Source: Felis catus
Lineage: Eukaryota
Direction: 5' to 3'
Assembly (NCBI RefSeq): GCF_018350175.1
Contig: NC_058383.1
Coordinates: 16,618,001-16,682,000, forward strand
Length of the DNA stretch: 64,000 nucleotides
Of this stretch, positions 1 through 12,000 are shown one piece after another. Made by a program: the position numbers and the translations under genes. Below the pieces are notes generated by a model. That model saw only the letters and a program-made list of their open reading frames with translations, was not told the origin of the DNA and did not search any database. Each line of letters starts with the position of its first letter. Within the stretch, counting starts at the first letter, position 1.

Positions 1-3000
1 GAAAGAGGGTGGTCCCACACTGAGGTTTCACAGAGTGGAGGCCCTAGCATTGCCCTGCGAATTGACCGAGGGGTTGGGAAAGCCTGCCAACCTGTTGCAA
101 CCAGGCGATGCTGAGCTGAAAAAGGCTTCCCACCGTGCTGTGTTTCACTCTGTGGCTCTTTGCAGCCTGGCTCCACACAGCTTTGCACACACGTCTAGCT
201 TTGGGAAACGAGAGGGTCGTCACAGCAAGGATGCAGCCCAGTGTCGTTTCACCACAAGAGTGTGAGGCAGTCTCCGCACAGGTCATGCCTCGTTTCCCAG
301 ACACTTGTCAGTTGGGGAAACCCCAATATGTGTGAAACGCGTATCGCCGGACCGTGGTTCCACACAGCTCCCTTGGTGGACACGTCGCGTTCAGCGCCCC
401 CGTCTCAGTGTTTCCAAGGCTTCTAACTGTGGGAACCGAGATGTTCGTTCCAAGCGGGATCTTATGGCCCCACTCCGAAACCACCCCACAAGCACACTCC
501 CACGGTCTTCTTTCCTGCACCTCAGCCCAGGGAGCTTACCTTGTCGGCCAGCGTCAGTTTTCCAACACTTGTGTACCTTAGCCACACCAGCTGTCAGTGG
601 CTAGACGGTCTCCCCACCTTGAGGCTTCTGAGAGGTGCGGAGACGCCACTGGCCTGACAGCTCCGTTCTCGGGGGGCCGCTGCAGACACTGCTGACACGA
701 GGGAAGCAAGATGGGTTCTCGGGGAAGGATTGCCCATAGTGGCTTAGGAGCGAGTTCTGCGTCCGGTACTGTCGTCGTATGGCCCCGCCGAGGTTTTCCC
801 ACCCCCTTGACTGTGTGAAACGAGGTGTCCGTCCGTGGGACAGGTGGAGTCACCATAGTGTGGTTTCTCCAGATGAGCTGAGGACAGTCTAACGCCCAGG
901 GTCGGTACACCTACTCCCACACTTCTGACTTCCCGGAGTCCACTGAGGTCAGGTGATGTCGGTTACCGCACAGCCTTGCATCTGGGCGACGCACATGGGG
1001 CGCATCCCTGTGAGGCCCCGCAAGCATTTCTAACCCTGGTAACTTTAGGGGAAGGAGAAGTTGGTCGACGTCTGGACACCGCCCCCTGTTGGCTGCACAG
1101 CCTTGAGGGCACGGGGCTCGCCTCGTCGCCCCGCCGGGCTTCTCAGCAGACAGTTCGTGCTTAGGGAATCGGGGTGTCAGTTGAAAGAGGCCCTCCGCAC
1201 GAGTGTGCTTCCCGGAGCTGAGTCGAGGGGACGGGCCCTCTCGGCCCCGCAGTGCTCTCCAGCAAGCACTTCCGCCTTAGTGGAACAACGTGTTGGTTGA
1301 AAGCTGGCTTTCCCCAACTGGAGTTTCTCTGGCAGAGTTCAGTCCCTGGGACTTTTCAGGCAGGCACGGCAGACTATTTCCAAGGCTTCTTTCTTCATGA
1401 AGGGAGAAGGAAAGAGGGTGGTCCCACACTGAGGTTTCACAGAGTGGAGGCCCTAGCATTGCCCTGCGAATTGACCGAGGGGTTGGGAAAGCCTGCCAAC
1501 CTGTTGCAACCAGGCGTTGCTGAGCTGAAAAAGGCTTCCCACCGTGCTGTGTTTCACTCTGTGGCTCTTTGCAGCCTGGCTCCACACAGCTTTGCACACA
1601 CGTCTAGCTTTGGGAAACGAGAGGGTCGTCACAGCAAGGATGCAGCCCAGTGTCGTTTCACCACAAGAATGTGAGGCAGTCTCCGCACAGGTCATGCCTC
1701 GTTTCCCAGACACTTGTCAGTTGGGGAAACCCCAATATGTGTGAAACGCGTATCGCCGGACCGTGGTTCCACACAGCTCCCTTGGTGGACACCTCGCGTT
1801 CAGCGCCCCCGTCTCAGTGTTTCCAAGGCTTCTAACTGTGGGAACCGAGATGTTCGTTCCAAGCGGGATCTTATGGCCCCACTCCGAAACCACCCCACAA
1901 GCACACTCCCACGGTCTTCTTTCCTGCACCTCAGCCCAGGGAGCTTACCTTGTCGGCCAGCGTCAGTTTTCCAACACTTGTGTACCTTAGCCACACCAGC
2001 TGTCAGTGGCTAGACGGTCTCCCCACCTTGAGGCTTCTGAGAGGTGCGGAGACGCCACTGGCCTGAGAGCTCCGTTCTCGTGGGGCCGCTGCAGACACTG
2101 CTGACACGAGGGAAGCAAGATGGGTTCTCGGGGAAGGATTGCCCATAGTGGCTTAGGAGCGAGTTCTGCGTCCGATACTGTCGTCCTGTGGCCCCACCGA
2201 GGTTTTCCCACCCCCTTGACTGTGTGAAACGAGGTGTCCGTCCGTGGGACAGGTGGAGTCACCATAGTGTGGTTTCTCCAGATGAGCTTAGGACAGTCTA
2301 ACGCCCAGGGTCGGTACACCTACTCCCACACTTCTGACTTCCCGGAGTCCACTGAGGTCAGGTGATGTCGGTTACCGCACAGCCTTGCATCTGGGCGACG
2401 CACATGGGGCGCATCCCTGTGAGGCCCCGCAAGCATTTCTAACCCTGGTAACTTTAGGGGAAGGAGAAGTTGGTCGACGTCTGGACACCGCCCCCTGTTG
2501 GCTGCACAGCCTTGAGGGCAAGGGGCTCGCCTCGTCGCCCCGCCGGGCTTCTCAGCAGACAGTTCGTGCTTAGGGAAATGGGGTGTCAGTTGAAAGAGGC
2601 CCTCCGCACGAGTGTGCTTCCCGGAGCTGAGTCGAGGGGACGGGCCCTCTCGGCCCCGCAGTGCTCTCCAGCAAGCACTTCCGCCTTAGTGGAACAACGT
2701 GTTGGTTGAAAGCTGGCTGTCCCCAACTGGAGTTTCTCTGGCAGAGTTCAGTCCCTGGGACTTTTCAGGCAGGCACGGCAGACTATTTCCAAGGCTTCTT
2801 TCTTCATGAAGGGAGAAGGAAAGAGGGTGGTCCCACACTGAGGTTTCACAGAGTGGAGGCCCTAGCATTGCCCTGCGAATTGACCGAGGGGTTGGGAAAG
2901 CCTGCCAACCTGTTGCAACCAGGCGATGCTGAGCTGAAAAAGGCTTCCCACCGTGCTGTGTTTCACTCTGTGGCTCTTTGCAGCCTGGCTCCACACAGCT

Positions 3001-6000
3001 TTGCACACACGTCTAGCTTTGGGAAACGAGAGGGTCGTCACAGCAAGGATGCAGCCCAGTGTCGTTTCACCACAAGAGTGTGAGGCAGTCTCCGCACAGG
3101 TCATGCCTCGTTTCCCAGACACTTGTCAGTTGGGGAAACCCCAATATGTGTGAAACGCGTATCGCCGGACCGTGGTTCCACACAGCTCCCTTGGTGGACA
3201 CCTCGCGTTCAGCGCCCCCGTCTCAGTGTTTCCAAGGCTTCTAACTGTGGGAACCGAGATGTTCGTTCCAAGCGGGATCTTATGGCCCCACTCCGAAACC
3301 ACCCCACAAGCACTCTCCCACGGTCTTCTTTCCTGCACCTCAGCCCAGGGAGCTTACCTTGTCGGCCAGCGTCAGTTTTCCAACACTTGTGTACCTTAGC
3401 CACACCAGCTGTCAGTGGCTAGACGGTCTCCCCACCTTGAGGCTTCTGAGAGGTGCGGAGACGCCACTGGCCTGACAGCTCCGTTCTCGGGGGGCCGCTG
3501 CAGACACTGCTGACACGAGGGAAGCAACATGGGTTCTCGGGGAAGGATTGCCCATAGTGGCTTAGGAGCGAGTTCTGCGTCCGGTACTGTCGTCGTATGG
3601 CCCCACCGAGGTTTTCCCACCCCCTTGACTGTGTGAAACGAGGTGTCCGTCCGTGGGACAGGTGGAGTCACCATAGTGTGGTTTCTCCAGATGAGCTGAG
3701 GACAGTCTAACGCCCAGGGTCGGTACACCTACTCCCACACTTCTGACTTCCCGGAGTCCACTGAGGTCAGGTGATGTCGGTTACCGCACAGCCTTGCATC
3801 TGGGCGACGCACATGGGGCGCATCCCTGTGAGGCCCCGCAAGCATTTCTAACCCTGGTAACTTTAGGGGAAGGAGAAGTTGGTCGACGTCTGGACACCGC
3901 CCCCTGTTGGCTGCACAGCCTTGAGGGCACGGGGCTCGCCTCGTCGCCCCGCCGGGCTTCTCAGCAGACAGTTCGTGCTTAGGGAATCGGGGTGTCAGTT
4001 GAAAGAGGCCCTCCGCACGAGTGTGCTTCCCGGAGCTGAGTCGAGGGGACGGGCCCTCTCGGCCCCGCAGTGCTCTCCAGCAAGCACTTCCGCCTTAGTG
4101 GAACAACGTGTTGGTTGAAAGCTGGCTTTCCCCAACTGGAGTTTCTCTGGCAGAGTTCAGTCCCTGGGACTTTTCAGGCAGGCACGGCAGACTATTTCCA
4201 AGGCTTCTTTCTTCATGAAGGGAGAAGGAAAGAGGGTGGTCCCACACTGAGGTTTCACAGAGTGGAGGCCCTAGCATTGCCCTGCGAATTGACCGAGGGG
4301 TTGGGAAAGCCTGCCAACCTGTTGCAACCAGGCGTTGCTGAGCTGAAAAAGGCTTCCCACCGTGCTGTGTTTCACTCTGTGGCTCTTTGCAGCCTGGCTC
4401 CACACAGCTTTGCACACACGTCTAGCTTTGGGAAACGAGAGGGTCGTCACAGCAAGGATGCAGCCCAGTGTCGTTTCACCACAAGAGTGTGAGGCAGTCT
4501 CCGCACAGGTCATGCCTCGTTTCCCAGACACTTGTCAGTTGGGGAAACCCCAATATGTGTGAAACGCGTATCGCCGGACCGTGGTTCCACACAGCTCCCT
4601 TGGTGGACACCTCGCGTTCAGCGCCCCCGTCTCAGTGTTTCCAAGGCTTCTAACTGTGGGAACCGAGATGTTCGTTCCAAGCGGGATCTTATGGCCCCAC
4701 TCCGAAACCACCCCACAAGCACACTCCCACGGTCTTCTTTCCTGCACCTCAGCCCAGGGAGCTTACCTTGTCGGCCAGCGTCAGTTTTCCAACACTTGTG
4801 TACCTTAGCCACACCAGCTGTCAGTGGCTAGACGGTCTCCCCACCTTGAGGCTTCTGAGAGGTGCGGAGACGCCACTGGCCTGACAGCTCCGTTCTCGTG
4901 GGGCCGCTGCAGACACTGCTGACACGAGGGAAGCAAGATGGGTTCTCGGGGAAGGATTGCCCATAGTGGCTTAGGAGCGAGTTCTGCGTCTGGTACTGTC
5001 GTCCTGTGGCCCCACCGAGGTTTTCCCACCCCCTTGACTGTGTGAAACGAGGTGTCCGTCCGTGGGACAGGTGGAGTCACCATAGTGTGGTTTCTCCAGA
5101 TGAGCTGAGGACAGTCTAACGCCCAGGGTCGGTACACCTACTCCCACACTTCTGACTTCCCGGAGTCCACTGAGGTCAGGTGATGTCGGTTACCGCACAG
5201 CCTTGCATCTGGGCGACGCACATGGGGCGCATCCCTGTGAGGCCCCGCAAGCATTTCTAACCCTGGTAACTTTAGGGGAAGGAGAAGTTGGTCGACGTCT
5301 GGACACCGCCCCCTGTTGGCTGCACAGCCTTGAGGGCACGGGGCTCGCCTCGTCGCCCCGCCGGGCTTCTCAGCAGACAGTTCGTGCTTAGGGAATCGGG
5401 GTGTCAGTTGAAAGAGGCCCTCCGCACGAGTGTGCTTCCCGGAGCTGAGTCGAGGGGACGGGCCCTCTCGGCCCCGCAGTGCTCTCCAGCAAGCACTTCC
5501 GCCTTAGTGGAACAACGTGTTGGTTGAAAGCTGGCTTATCCCAACTGGAGTTTCTCTGGCAGAGTTCAGTCCCTGGGACTTTTCAGGCAGGCACGGCAGA
5601 CTATTTCCAAGGCTTCTTCCTTCGTGAAGGGAGAAGGAAAAACGGTGGTCCCACACTATGGTTTCACAGAGTGGAGGCCCTAGCATTGCCCTGCGAATTG
5701 ACCGAGGGGTTGGGAAAGCCTGCCAACCTGTTGCAACCAGGCGATGCTGAGCTGAAAAAGGCTTCCCACCGTGCTGTGTTTCACTCTGTGGCTCTTTGCA
5801 GCCTGGCTCCACACAGCTTTGCACACACGTCTAGCTTTGGGAAACGAGAGGGTCGTCACAGCAAGGATGCAGCCCAGTGTCGTTTCACCACAAGAGTGTG
5901 AGGCAGTCTCCGCACAGGTCATGCCTCGTTTCCCAGACACTTGTCAGTTGGGGAAACCCCAATATGTGTGAAACGCGTATCGCCGGACCGTGGTTCCACA

Positions 6001-9000
6001 CAGCTCCCTTGGTGGACACGTCGCGTTCAGCGCCCCCGTCTCAGTGTTTCCAAGGCTTCTAACTGTGGGAACCGAGATGTTCGTTCCAAGCGGGATCTTA
6101 TGGCCCCACTCCGAAACCACCCCACAAGCACACTCCCACGGTCTTCTTTCCTGCACCTCAGCCCAGGGAGCTTACCTTGTCGGCCAGCGTCAGTTTTCCA
6201 ACACTTGTGTACCTTAGCCACACCAGCTGTCAGTGGCTAGACGGTCTCCCCACCTTGAGGCTTCTGAGAGGTGCGGAGACGCCACTGGCCTGACAGCTCC
6301 GTTCTCGGGGGGCCGCTGCAGACACTGCTGACACGAGGGAAGCAAGATGGGTTCTCGGGGAAGGATTGCCCATAGTGGCTTAGGAGCGAGTTCTGCGTCC
6401 GGTACTGTCGTCGTATGGCCCCGCCGAGGTTTTCCCACCCCCTTGACTGTGTGAAACGAGGTGTCCGTCCGTGGGACAGGTGGAGTCACCATAGTGTGGT
6501 TTCTCCAGATGAGCTGAGGACAGTCTAACGCCCAGGGTCGGTACACCTACTCCCACACTTCTGACTTCCCGGAGTCCACTGAGGTCAGGTGATGTCGGTT
6601 ACCGCACAGCCTTGCATCTGGGCGACGCACATGGGGCGCATCCCTGTGAGGCCCCGCAAGCATTTCTAACCCTGGTAACTTTAGGGGAAGGAGAAGTTGG
6701 TCGACGTCTGGACACCGCCCCCTGTTGGCTGCACAGCCTTGAGGGCACGGGGCTCGCCTCGTCGCTTCGCCGGGCTTCTCAGCAGACAGTTCGTGCTTAG
6801 GGAATCGGGGTGTCAGTTGAAAGAGGCCCTCCGCACGAGTGTGCTTCCCGGAGCTGAGTCGAGGGGACGGGCCCTCTCGGCCCCGCAGTGCTCTCCAGCA
6901 AGCACTTCCGCCTTAGTGGAACAACGTGTTGGTTGAAAGCTGGCTTTCCCCAACTGGAGTTTCTCTGGCAGAGTTCAGGCCCTGGGACTTTTCAGGCAGG
7001 CACGGCAGACTATTTCCAAGGCTTCTTTCTTCATGAAGGGAGAAGGAAAGAGGGTGGTCCCACACTGAGGTTTCACAGAGTGGAGGCCCTAGCATTGCCC
7101 TGCGAATTGACCGAGGGGTTGGGAAAGCCTGCCAACCTGTTGCAACCAGGCGTTGCTGAGCTGAAAAAGGCTTCCCACCGTGCTGTGTTTCACTCTGTGG
7201 CTCTTTGCAGCCTGGCTCCACACAGCTTTGCACACACGTCTAGCTTTGGGAAACGAGAGGGTCGTCACAGCAAGGATGCAGCCCAGTGTCGTTTCACCAC
7301 AAGAGTGTGAGGCAGTCTCCGCACAGGTCATGCCTCGTTTCCCAGACACTTGTCAGTTGGGGAAACCCCAATATGTGTGAAACGCGTATCGCCGGACCGT
7401 GGTTCCACACAGCTCCCTTGGTGGACACCTCGCGTTCAGCGCCCCCGTCTCAGTGTTTCCAAGGCTTCTAACTGTGGGAACCGAGATGTTCGTTCCAAGC
7501 GGGATCTTATGGCCCCACTCCGAAACCACCCCACAAGCACACTCCCACGGTCTTCTTTCCTGCACCTCAGCCCAGGGAGCTTACCTTGTCGGCCAGCGTC
7601 AGTTTTCCAACACTTGTGTACCTTAGCCACACCAGCTGTCAGTGGCTAGACGGTCTCCCCACCTTGAGGCTTCTGAGAGGTGCGGAGACGCCACTGGCCT
7701 GACAGCTCCGTTCTCGTGGGCCGCTGCAGACACTGCTGACACGAGGGAAGCAAGATGGGTTCTCGGGGAAGGATTGCCCATAGTGGCTTAGGAGCGAGTT
7801 CTGCGTCCGGTACTGTCGTCGTATGGCCCCGCCGAGGTTTTCCCACCCCCTTGACTGTGTGAAACGAGGTGTCCGTCCGTGGGACAGGTGGAGTCACCAT
7901 AGTGTGGTTTCTCCAGATGAGCTGAGGACAGTCTAACGCCCAGGGTCGGTACACCTACTCCCACACTTCTGACTTCCCGGAGTCCACTGAGGTCAGGTGA
8001 TGTCGGTTACCGCACAGCCTTGCATCTGGGCGACGCACATGGGGCGCATCCCTGTGAGGCCCCGCAAGCATTTCTAACCCTGGTAACTTTAGGGGAAGGA
8101 GAAGTTGGTCGACGTCTGGACACCGCCCCCTGTTGGCTGCACAGCCTTGAGGGCACGGGGCTCGCCTCGTCGCTTCGCCGGGCTTCTCAGCAGACAGTTC
8201 GTGCTTAGGGAATCGGGGTGTCAGTTGAAAGAGGCCCTCCGCACGAGTGTGCTTCCCGGAGCTGAGTCGAGGGGACGGGCCCTCTCGGCCCCGCAGTGCT
8301 CTCCAGCAAGCACTTCCGCCTTAGTGGAACAACGTGTTGGTTGAAAGCTGGCTTTCCCCAACTGGAGTTTCTCTGGCAGAGTTCAGGCCCTGGGACTTTT
8401 CAGGCAGGCACGGCAGACTATTTCCAAGGCTTCTTTCTTCATGAAGGGAGAAGGAAAGAGGGTGGTCCCACACTGAGGTTTCACAGAGTGGAGGCCCTAG
8501 CATTGCCCTGCGAATTGACCGAGGGGTTGGGAAAGCCTGCCAACCTGTTGCAACCAGGCGTTGCTGAGCTGAAAAAGGCTTCCCACCGTGCTGTGTTTCA
8601 CTCTGTGGCTCTTTGCAGCCTGGCTCCACACAGCTTTGCACACACGTCTAGCTTTGGGAAACGAGAGGGTCGTCACAGCAAGGATGCAGCCCAGTGTCGT
8701 TTCACCACAAGAGTGTGAGGCAGTCTCCACACAGGTCATGCCTCGTTTCCCAGACACTTGTCAGTTGGGGAAACCCCAATATGTGTGAAACGCGTATCGC
8801 CGGACCGTGGTTCCACACAGCTCCCTTGGTGGACACCTCGCGTTCAGCGCCCCCGTCTCAGTGTTTCCAAGGCTTCTAACTGTGGGAACCGAGATGTTCG
8901 TTCCAAGCGGGATCTTATGGCCCCACTCCGAAACCACCCCACAAGCACACTCCCACGGTCTTCTTTCCTGCACCTCAGCCCAGGGAGCTTACCATGTCGG

Positions 9001-12000
9001 CCAGCGTCAGTTTCCCAACACTTGTGTACCTTAGCCACACCAGCTGTCAGTGGCTAGACGGTCTCCCCACCTTGAGGCTTCTGAGAGGTGCGGAGACGCC
9101 ACTGGCCTCAGAGCTCCGTTCTCGTGGGGCCGCTGCAGACCCTGCTGACACGAGGGAAGCAAGATGGGTTCTCGGGGAAGGATTGCCCATAGTGGCTTAG
9201 GAGCGAGTTCTGCGTCCGATACTGTCGTCCTGTGGCCCCACCGAGGTTTTCCCACCCCCTTGACTGTGTGAAACGAGGTGTCCGTCCGTGGGACAGGTGG
9301 AGTCACCATAGTGTGGTTTCTCCAGATGAGCTGAGGACAGTCTAACGCCCAGGGTCGGTACACCTACTCCCACACTTCTGACTTCCCGGAGTCCACTGAG
9401 GTCAGGTGATGTCGGTTACCGCACAGCCTTGCTTCTGGGCGACGCACATGGGGCGCATCCCTGTGAGGCCCCGCAAGCATTTCTAACCCTGGTAACTTTA
9501 GGGGAAGGAGAAGTTGGTCGACGTCTGGACACCGCCCCCTGTTGGCTGCACAGCCTTGAGGGCACGGGGCTCGCCTCGTCGCCCTGCCGGGCTTCTCAGC
9601 AGACAGTTCGTGCTTAGGGAATCGGGGTGTCAGTTGAAAGAGGCCCTCCGCACGAGTGTGCTTCCCGGAGCTGAGTCGAGGGGACGGGCCCTCTCGGCCC
9701 CGCAGTGCTCTCCAGCAAGCACTTCCGCCTTAGTGGAACAACGTGTTGGTTGAAAGCTGGCTTTCCCCAACTGGAGTTTCTCTGGCAGAGTTCAGGCCCT
9801 GGGACTTTTCAGGCAGGCACGGCAGACTATTTCCAAGGCTTCTTTCTTCATGAAGGGAGAAGGAAAGAGGGTGGTCCCACACTGAGGTTTCACAGAGTGG
9901 AGGCCCTAGCATTGCCCTGCGAATTGACCGAGGGGTTGGGAAAGCCTGCCAACCTGTTGCAACCAGGCGATGCTGAGCTGAAAAAGGCTTCCCACCGTGC
10001 TGTGTTTCACTCTGTGGCTCTTTGCAGCCTGGCTCCACACAGCTTTGCACACACGTCTAGCTTTGGGAAACGAGAGGGTCGTCACAGCAAGGATGCAGCC
10101 CAGTGTCGTTTCACCACAAGAGTGTGAGGCAGTCTCCGCACAGGTCATGCCTCGTTTCCCAGACACTTGTCAGTTGGGGAAACCCCAATATGTGTGAAAC
10201 GCGTATCGCCGGACCATGGTTCCACACAGCTCCTTTGGTGGACACCTCGCGTTCAGCGCCCCCGTCTCAGTGTTTCCAAGGCTTCTAACTGTGGGAACCG
10301 AGATGTTCGTTCCAAGCGGGATCTTATGGCCCCACTCCGAAACCACCCCACAAACACTCTCCCACGGTCTTCTTTCCTGCACCTCAGCCCAGGGAGCTTA
10401 CCTTGTCGGCCAGCGTCAGTTTTCCAACACTTGTGTACCTTAGCCACACCAGGTGTCAGTGGCTAGACGGTCTCCCCACCTTGAGGCTTCTGAGAGGTGC
10501 GGAGACGCCACTGGCCTGACAGCTCCGTTCTCGGGGGGCCGCTGCAGACACTGCTGACACGAGGGAAGCAACATGGGTTCTCGGGGAAGGATTGCCCATA
10601 GTGGCTTAGGAGCGAGTTCTGCGTCCGTACTGTCGTCGAATGGCCCCGCCGAGCTTTTCCCACCCCCTTGACTGTGTGAAACGAGGTGTCCGTCCGTGGG
10701 ACAGGTGGAGTCACCATAGTGTGGTTTCTCCAGATGAGCTGAGGACAGTCTAACGCCCAGGGTCGGTACACCTACTCCCACACTTCTGACTTCCCGGAGT
10801 CCACTGAGGTCAGGTGATGTCGGTTACCGCACAGCCTTGCTTCTGGGCGACGCACATGGGGCGCATCCCTGTGAGGACCCGCAAGCATTTCTAACCCTGG
10901 TAACTTTAGGGGAAGGAGAAGTTGGTCGACGTTTGGACACCGCCCCCTGTTGCCTGCACAGCCTTGAGGGCACGGAGCTCGCCTCGTCGCTTCGCCGGGC
11001 TTCTCAGCAGACAGTTCGTGCTTAGGGAATCGGGGTGTCAGTTGAAAGAGGCCCTCCGCACGAGTGTGCTTCCTGGAGCTGAGTCGAGGGGACGGGCCCT
11101 CTCGGCCCCGCAGTGCTCTCCAGCAAGCACTTCCGCCTTAGTGGAACAACGTGTTGGTTGAAAGCTGGCTTTCCCCAACTGGAGTTTCTCTGGCAGAGTT
11201 CAGGCCCTGGGACTTTTCAGGCAGGCACGGCAGACTATTTCCAAGGTTTCTTTCTTCATGAAGGGAGAAGGAAAGAGGGTGGTCCCACACTGAGGTTTCA
11301 CAGAGTGGAGGCCCTAGCATTGCCCTGCGAATTGACCGAGGGGTTGGGAAAGCCTGCCAACCTGTTGCAACCAGGCGATGCTGAGCTGAAAAAGGCTTCC
11401 CACCGTGCTGTGTTTCACTCTGTGGCTCTTTGCAGCCTGGCTCCACAAAGCTTTGCACACACGTCTAGCTTTGGGAAACGAGAGGGTCGTCACAGCAAGG
11501 ATGCAGCCCAGTGTCGTTTCACCACAAGAGTGTGAGGCAGTCTCCACACAGTTCGCGAGTCGTTTCCCAGACACTTGTCAGTTGGGGAAAACCCAATATG
11601 TGTGAAACGCGTATCGCCGGACCGTGGTTCCACACAGCTCCCTTGGTGGACACCTCGCGTTCAGCGCCCCCGTCTCAGTGATTCCAAGGCTTCTAACTGT
11701 GGGAACCGAGATGTTCGTTCCAAGCGGGATCTTATGGCCCCACTCCGAAACCACCCCACAAGCACACTCCCACGGTCTTCTTTCCTGCACCTCAGCCCAG
11801 GGAGCTTACCTTGTCGGCCAGCGTCAGTTTTCCAACACTTGTGTACCTTAGCCACACCAGCTGTCAGTGGCTAGACGGTCTCCCCAACTTGAGACTTCTG
11901 AGAGGTGCAGAGACGCCACTGGCCTGACAGCTCCGTTCTCGGGGGGCCGCTGCAGACACTGCTGACACGAGGGAAGCAAGATGGGTTCTCGGGGAAGGAT

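Noticed and set aside
1045..1166. TTAGGG hexamers in the satellite unit
   Set aside because: Two isolated copies per unit, not tandem; not an interstitial telomere.
1..1409. Possible decayed C2H2 zinc-finger array on the minus strand (aaaggcttccca, ctcccacact strings)
   Set aside because: Internal period is ~115 bp rather than 84 bp and no CxxC...HxxxH/TGEKP pattern appears in any frame.
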